From positions 10,293 through 74,292 of the forward strand of contig JAUCBJ010002152.1 in assembly GCA_032718475.1 (NCBI GenBank): 64,000 nt of DNA. The letters are read 5' to 3'. This document shows positions 59,123 to 64,000 of the stretch, piece by piece; the first letter of the stretch is position 1; every line of letters begins with the position of its first letter. Under the pieces are notes generated by a model. The model was not told the DNA's origin and did no database searches. It saw only the letters and a program-made list of their open reading frames with translations. The DNA is from Nemertoderma westbladi (taxonomy: Eukaryota; Animalia; Xenacoelomorpha). The translations under genes and the position numbers were made by a program.

Positions 59123-59499
59123 AGTGTTTTAAAAAAAAAGTTTATACCGGTCCAGTAGGTAGGCCTATTTAAATTTCCACGCGGTCCGTACGTTTAGTCG
59201 AGTCGCTAATCTCGGTGGGAAGTTGTAAACCACCCTCTCCCGCCTCATATCATAATGACACTCATCTTCATACAGTCATATCTAATATAATATGTAATAA
59301 GCTAAGAATAACATATATACTCCCGAATAACATAACTCTCCGCTACTGACTGACACCGTACTACTGTACTATCATACTAGCTGACACCTACCAGTACATA
59401 ATAATAATCTAACAACTGACTGACAGACTCAAAATACTGTAGTTTTCGGTAATCCTCCTTCACTCCCATCACCACATACAGTACTAGAACGTAAGAGTC

Positions 59500-60870
59500 T
59501 CTACAGTTAGCGAACCAGAGTTTACGAGAGGATAGAGAGAGAGAGAGAGCAGGAAAGCGCATGCGGGATGATATGCATGCCCAGTTAAGAGGGCTTATGC
59601 AATATCAGGCCAAACAGAAGCGCCGACTAGAACTGGCGCAGTTGGGACTATCTGAGAGTGAGGCTGGCTCGGGTAGTATTTACGAGGAGCCAGAAGTGAT
59701 GGAAACGTTTGTTAATACCCCACTTACAGGGACCGGGCGACAGACCCAAGACTGGTGTAATCGTAAGGGCAGGGGGGGTAATAATAATACGTTAGAAGGC
59801 ATTAATATTAATAGTACCGTAGTAGACAACCCTAATCAAACTTTCATTCCAGTAAATAATATTTTGCCCGACAATAATAATTTAAACCCAAATATAGAAA
59901 ATAATTCAAATATACAAAGTAATTTGAATAATTTAAATTTAAATACGTAGAGTAATCTAAATAATAATTTTAATTCAAACGAGCAAAATAATCCCGATTC
60001 TAATCTAAATATACAAAATAATTTAAGTAATAATCCGAACTCGGTACAGAATAATTCAAATAATTTTGATAATATTGTTGATAATGGTGCTTTAATATAA
60101 ACGCAGCAGACGTAGGTGGTCCGACCAGCGAGGGCCTGGAAGGCCACATAGTTAAAACGCAGGGAGTAGCGGGGGTGAGTCAACCCAACGGGAGCCTGCA
60201 AGGCCATGCAGTGGCAGAGGGAGAGGCAGGGGTGAATAGACCCAGCCACACTGGAGATAGTGCGTCGACTAGAGAGGGGCATAGAAGCCAAGCGAGAGAT
60301 AGTGAAGTGATAGGTGGCGAGTGGGGGGGGGGGGGGGGGGGGGCTACAGGCGCCCCACCACAGCAGATTAGTGGCGAGAGGGGGGGGGGGCAGAGAATGC
60401 CCCACAGGCGTCGGCGGATAATGTGCAGGGAGAGTTAGGTGAACCGCAGCACCCGGCGATGGAGAATAGTAGGAGGATTACGAATATCCCCAGCGGTGTC
60501 CGACCGGCTAGAGAGAGGGAGGTTGGCGTCGTGAGCGGGCGAGCGACGAGACGTCGAGCCCAGTCAGAACAGGGAAGAAGAACAGTGGAGTTTAACCGGG
60601 AGGTCGACGAGATATCTCATGAGCGGGCACGCTACACTGAAGAGAGAAGAAGAGAAGAGAATAGAGGAAGCTTTGCTACGAGCAACCGGAGAGCGAGGAC
60701 GGATAGCGAGCCGTCAGTAGTATAGATGGAGTTGGAGAGTCAGTTGGGTAGAACTCCGGGAGATTGCCGTCGCCCCGGAGAGACACAGCCTGGCAAGATA
60801 TAATATATGCCGGGAGAGGGGTACAGGATGTACCGGTACGAGGACAAGAACAGGAGAGGGGATCCCGGAG
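59500..60870 (+). pseudogene. Diverged internal fragment of the same Gag-like LTR family as 8244-14924
   Basis: Colinear similarity with ~9990-11285 (LRGLMQYQAK, Asn-rich block, GVNRPS..DSASTREG, VEFNREVDE); contains stops. Confidence 0.85.
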
Positions 60871-62949
60871 AATTACTACTTTTAAAGTGGTCCTTCGACC
60901 ACTTACAGGGACTTCCCTAACGTCTTCAACGTAAGCTGCGTAAGCATAAACTTGATCTAGAGGGGAAACACACAATTAGTAAATAATTAATATTAATCCT
61001 ATTAAACCGCGCTAAGCAAGGTGAAAGGGACCTCTGGTCACATTACTACGTGTACCTGGACATACATACCGAATATATTGTACATATTGATAAATATAGA
61101 ACAGCAATTTAACTAAGAAACTTAGCTCAAAACCTGAGACAGGGCGGAAACTGGACGCAAAACCCGCCTTGGCGAATTAATATCCCGCCTCAATGTTAAA
61201 TCCTCAATTTAGGGAAAGGAGCAGGTTACAGTGGCACGTTATTTTAACCAAAACAATAAACTAAACACAATAGAACAGGTTAGAGGTTTATTTTTGAGAG
61301 AAATCAGCTGTTATTTGCGTCGAATTTCCCCTGGAGAGGGATTAATTGTTATTGCGTCCAGTCCCCCCCCCCCCCCCCCTGTTAAGTTTACAGAAAACAG
61401 TCTTAATTAATACCATGCATGTATGATAACCATGCATGAGAAGGTTAACTGTGACTGTCCAGAAATAGAATACTGGAATAGGCCTATTATATTATTAATA
61501 ACTCTTGGTAAAAATTTAAATACTAACTTATAATTAACCTTCCTATCTTCGTATTGTCGATAATGCTTAAAAGTCCGCCCGTGGAGGAGAGAGGAAATGC
61601 TCGCTGTTCGTGAGAGAATCCGTTGATGGTTGTAGTGTAACTTCATCTGATGCCGCAGGATTTAGTAGATTTGGGATTTGAGTATCCTGTGATTCACTGC
61701 CAGTGATCATGACTAATAATGCAGTACCGGTACTTGGAGAGTAGGCCTAAATTCTATGTTAACCAGTAAAGTTTTCTATTAAAATATATCAGAAAAAGTG
61801 ATGAAATACTTGTACTTTAAATTTTATATATTCCATGCCCTACTAATCAGCTATTTGACCTTGAAGAATAATAATTTGCTGTATGTTTGGTATCTAAACT
61901 TAAGAGTTAATAACTGGTTATACTTACACAGTAAAATTCGCTGGCATTCATAATTGTTACTAAGAGGATGGCCGCCCATGATTGGCTGATGCTATTAATA
62001 TCAGCTTGGATAGGATTAACTAATCAATTAGCACCTTCCTGTGCGCTCTTTCCCCTCCCCCAATGTCACCCCAACTATGCAATGACAAGGCGTAATTAAG
62101 TTGTTCGGTTATTGCGTTGACGCGGTTTGTGAACTGTGCTTCCCCAGCTAATAATTAGTCTGGTGTTCTACGTAATTCCATAAAAGGATTTTGGAGATTA
62201 TGAAAACAATATAATTTTGGAATGCCAAGGTCATAGGGAGCTCGAAAACCAATGTTGGTATACGAATGGGTTTGACGAATTTTTTTTCTGTCTGTCTTTA
62301 TCAATTTAAGTGTTCACAATAACCACTGCTCATGTGACATTCATATTTTGCATGGTGATGGTCCTAACTAGGTCCATAACATACTAAATAAAACAGGTTA
62401 CATCGGCGATGCACTACTACTGTGCTGTGCCAGCTTGTCAACAAAATTGCACCGCCACAACTCCCTATCACCCATGACATTTGCTAGATCATCCGCATCT
62501 TGACCCCCCCCCCCCCCCCCCCCCCCCCCTCTAAAATCTACAAATTTTTACGAAAACGTCTGATTTTTTGTTTGTACTTAGGTATCACTAGTCAGGATCC
62601 GACCGAAAAAAAAAAACAAAAAATTTCGAAAAAATGTACTGGGGTGGTTATATTGCAGCACCAAAATTACAAGTAGTGCACAATTTTCAGAAAATTTGAA
62701 AGTACATTTTTCGTCTAATTGTTTTTCAATACAGGTTTTCTGGGGCGCAAAATACATTGGAAAATATTTAAAAATGATATGATTACTATAAATGGCTGTT
62801 TAGTCCTCTCTGCGTAGGAAAAAAATGAAAAAAACAAGTAACCAGCACTTTTCAGTTAGAACACAAAATTTTTAATTGACTTATACGATGCTATAAATTC
62901 ACATTTTCTGGTTTTCTAGGGCGCTGATTCTAATGGAATACATTTCTAA

Positions 62950-63540
62950 AATGCCCCATCATTGCTACTTGTATTTTTCGGCGTTTTTTGGCAAATTTTG
63001 GTGCTAGCACCAAATTTCGTACCCATCACCAAAAAGTACAAGTTTGCGATGTCCAGTGCTGTTTTTATTGATTCCATCGGATTCAGGACCCTCATAAACC
63101 CGTATAACGCAATAAACAAGATGATATTATCTACTGATCAATTTGCTTATATTCCAAAATTTGATGCTGGCACAACAATTTTCACCCACTGGCGAAAAAT
63201 ACAAGTTTGAAAACTCTTATGAAATTTTTACTGATTCCATTGAATTCAGAACCCTCACAAAACCGTATAACGCAAGAAACAAGGTGACACAATCAATTTA
63301 TAAATTTGATGGTTTTCAAAATTTGGTGCTAGCACCACATTTTGCACCCACATCCGAAAAATACAAGTTTGAGATGTCTAGTTCGATAATTCTATTTTCC
63401 ATTGAATTCAGAACAGCCATAAACCTCTAAAACGCAAGAAATTGTCACAAGCAATTTTATCTATTGAATGGATTTTCAAAATTTCGTGCTAGCACCAAAA
63501 TTTGCACACAGCACCGAAAAATACAAGTGGCAGTTTAATA
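62950..63540 (+). repeat. Degenerate tandem repeat (~160-bp units)
   Basis: Recurring TTTGGTGCTAGCACCA..GAAAAATACAAGTTTG..TTCCATTGAATTCAG..CCGTATAACGCAA. Confidence 0.7.
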
Positions 63541-63667
63541 TAAAAAATGGCATTTTTCTTGAATAACACGGACTTTCTATTTGGACGAGATCCTCTTGTT
63601 TGATAAAAGAATGCAAGTTGCTTGAATAAAAGTGGCAGTTTGAATATAAAAAATGGAATTTTTCTTG

Positions 63668-64000
63668 AATAACACAGACTTTTTTCACAGACGTTTGGCA
63701 GTTTAATTATAGAAAGATTGAACATATGCACATATCAAATTACCTATGCTATAGAAAACACCTATGGAAACACAAATGCTGTAGAAAACAGCTATGGAAA
63801 CACAACACAATTATATAAGTGACACAATTAAACACAATAACACAGACTTTTTTCACAGACGTTGGGCAGTTTTATTATAGAAAGATTGAACATATGCAGA
63901 TTTCAAATTACCTATGCTATAGAAAACACCTATGGAAACACAAATGCTGTAGAAAACAGCTATGGAAACACAACACAATTATATAAGTGACTAATTAAAC
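63668..64000 (+). repeat. Tandem 168-bp repeat (2 copies, running off the window)
   Basis: CACAGACTTTTTTCACAGACG at 63673 and 63841. Confidence 0.85.

Overview
This is AT-rich, repeat-dense genomic DNA from an animal, probably an invertebrate. It is dominated by a complete 28.5-kb Maverick/Polinton (adintovirus-type endogenous dsDNA virus) at 7738-36195, with AGTAGT termini, ~470-480-bp TIRs and a perfect 6-bp AAGGCG target-site duplication. Core genes are protein-primed PolB, integrase, packaging ATPase, two minor capsid (penton) paralogues, major capsid and adenain protease; several are disrupted. Accessory content is unusual: an intact TATA-binding-protein (TBP)-like ORF overlapping the PolB stop, a PC4/Sub1-like gene, a Maelstrom-like (ECHC) gene, a RING protein, a ~280-nt fold-back hairpin bracketed by duplicated promoter-like motifs, and orphan TATA units. 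Nested inside the Maverick are a young gag-only BEL/Pao-like LTR element (8244-14924) with a stem-loop array in place of pol, a CORE-like SINE, and a 2.8-kb tandem duplication with a templated-looking junction. The flanks contain pogo, RTE, CR1/L2-like, piggyBac and MITE remnants and one likely host gene for a Cys-rich membrane-anchored protein (46934-47584). All family assignments come from motif recognition by eye; no database searches were run.
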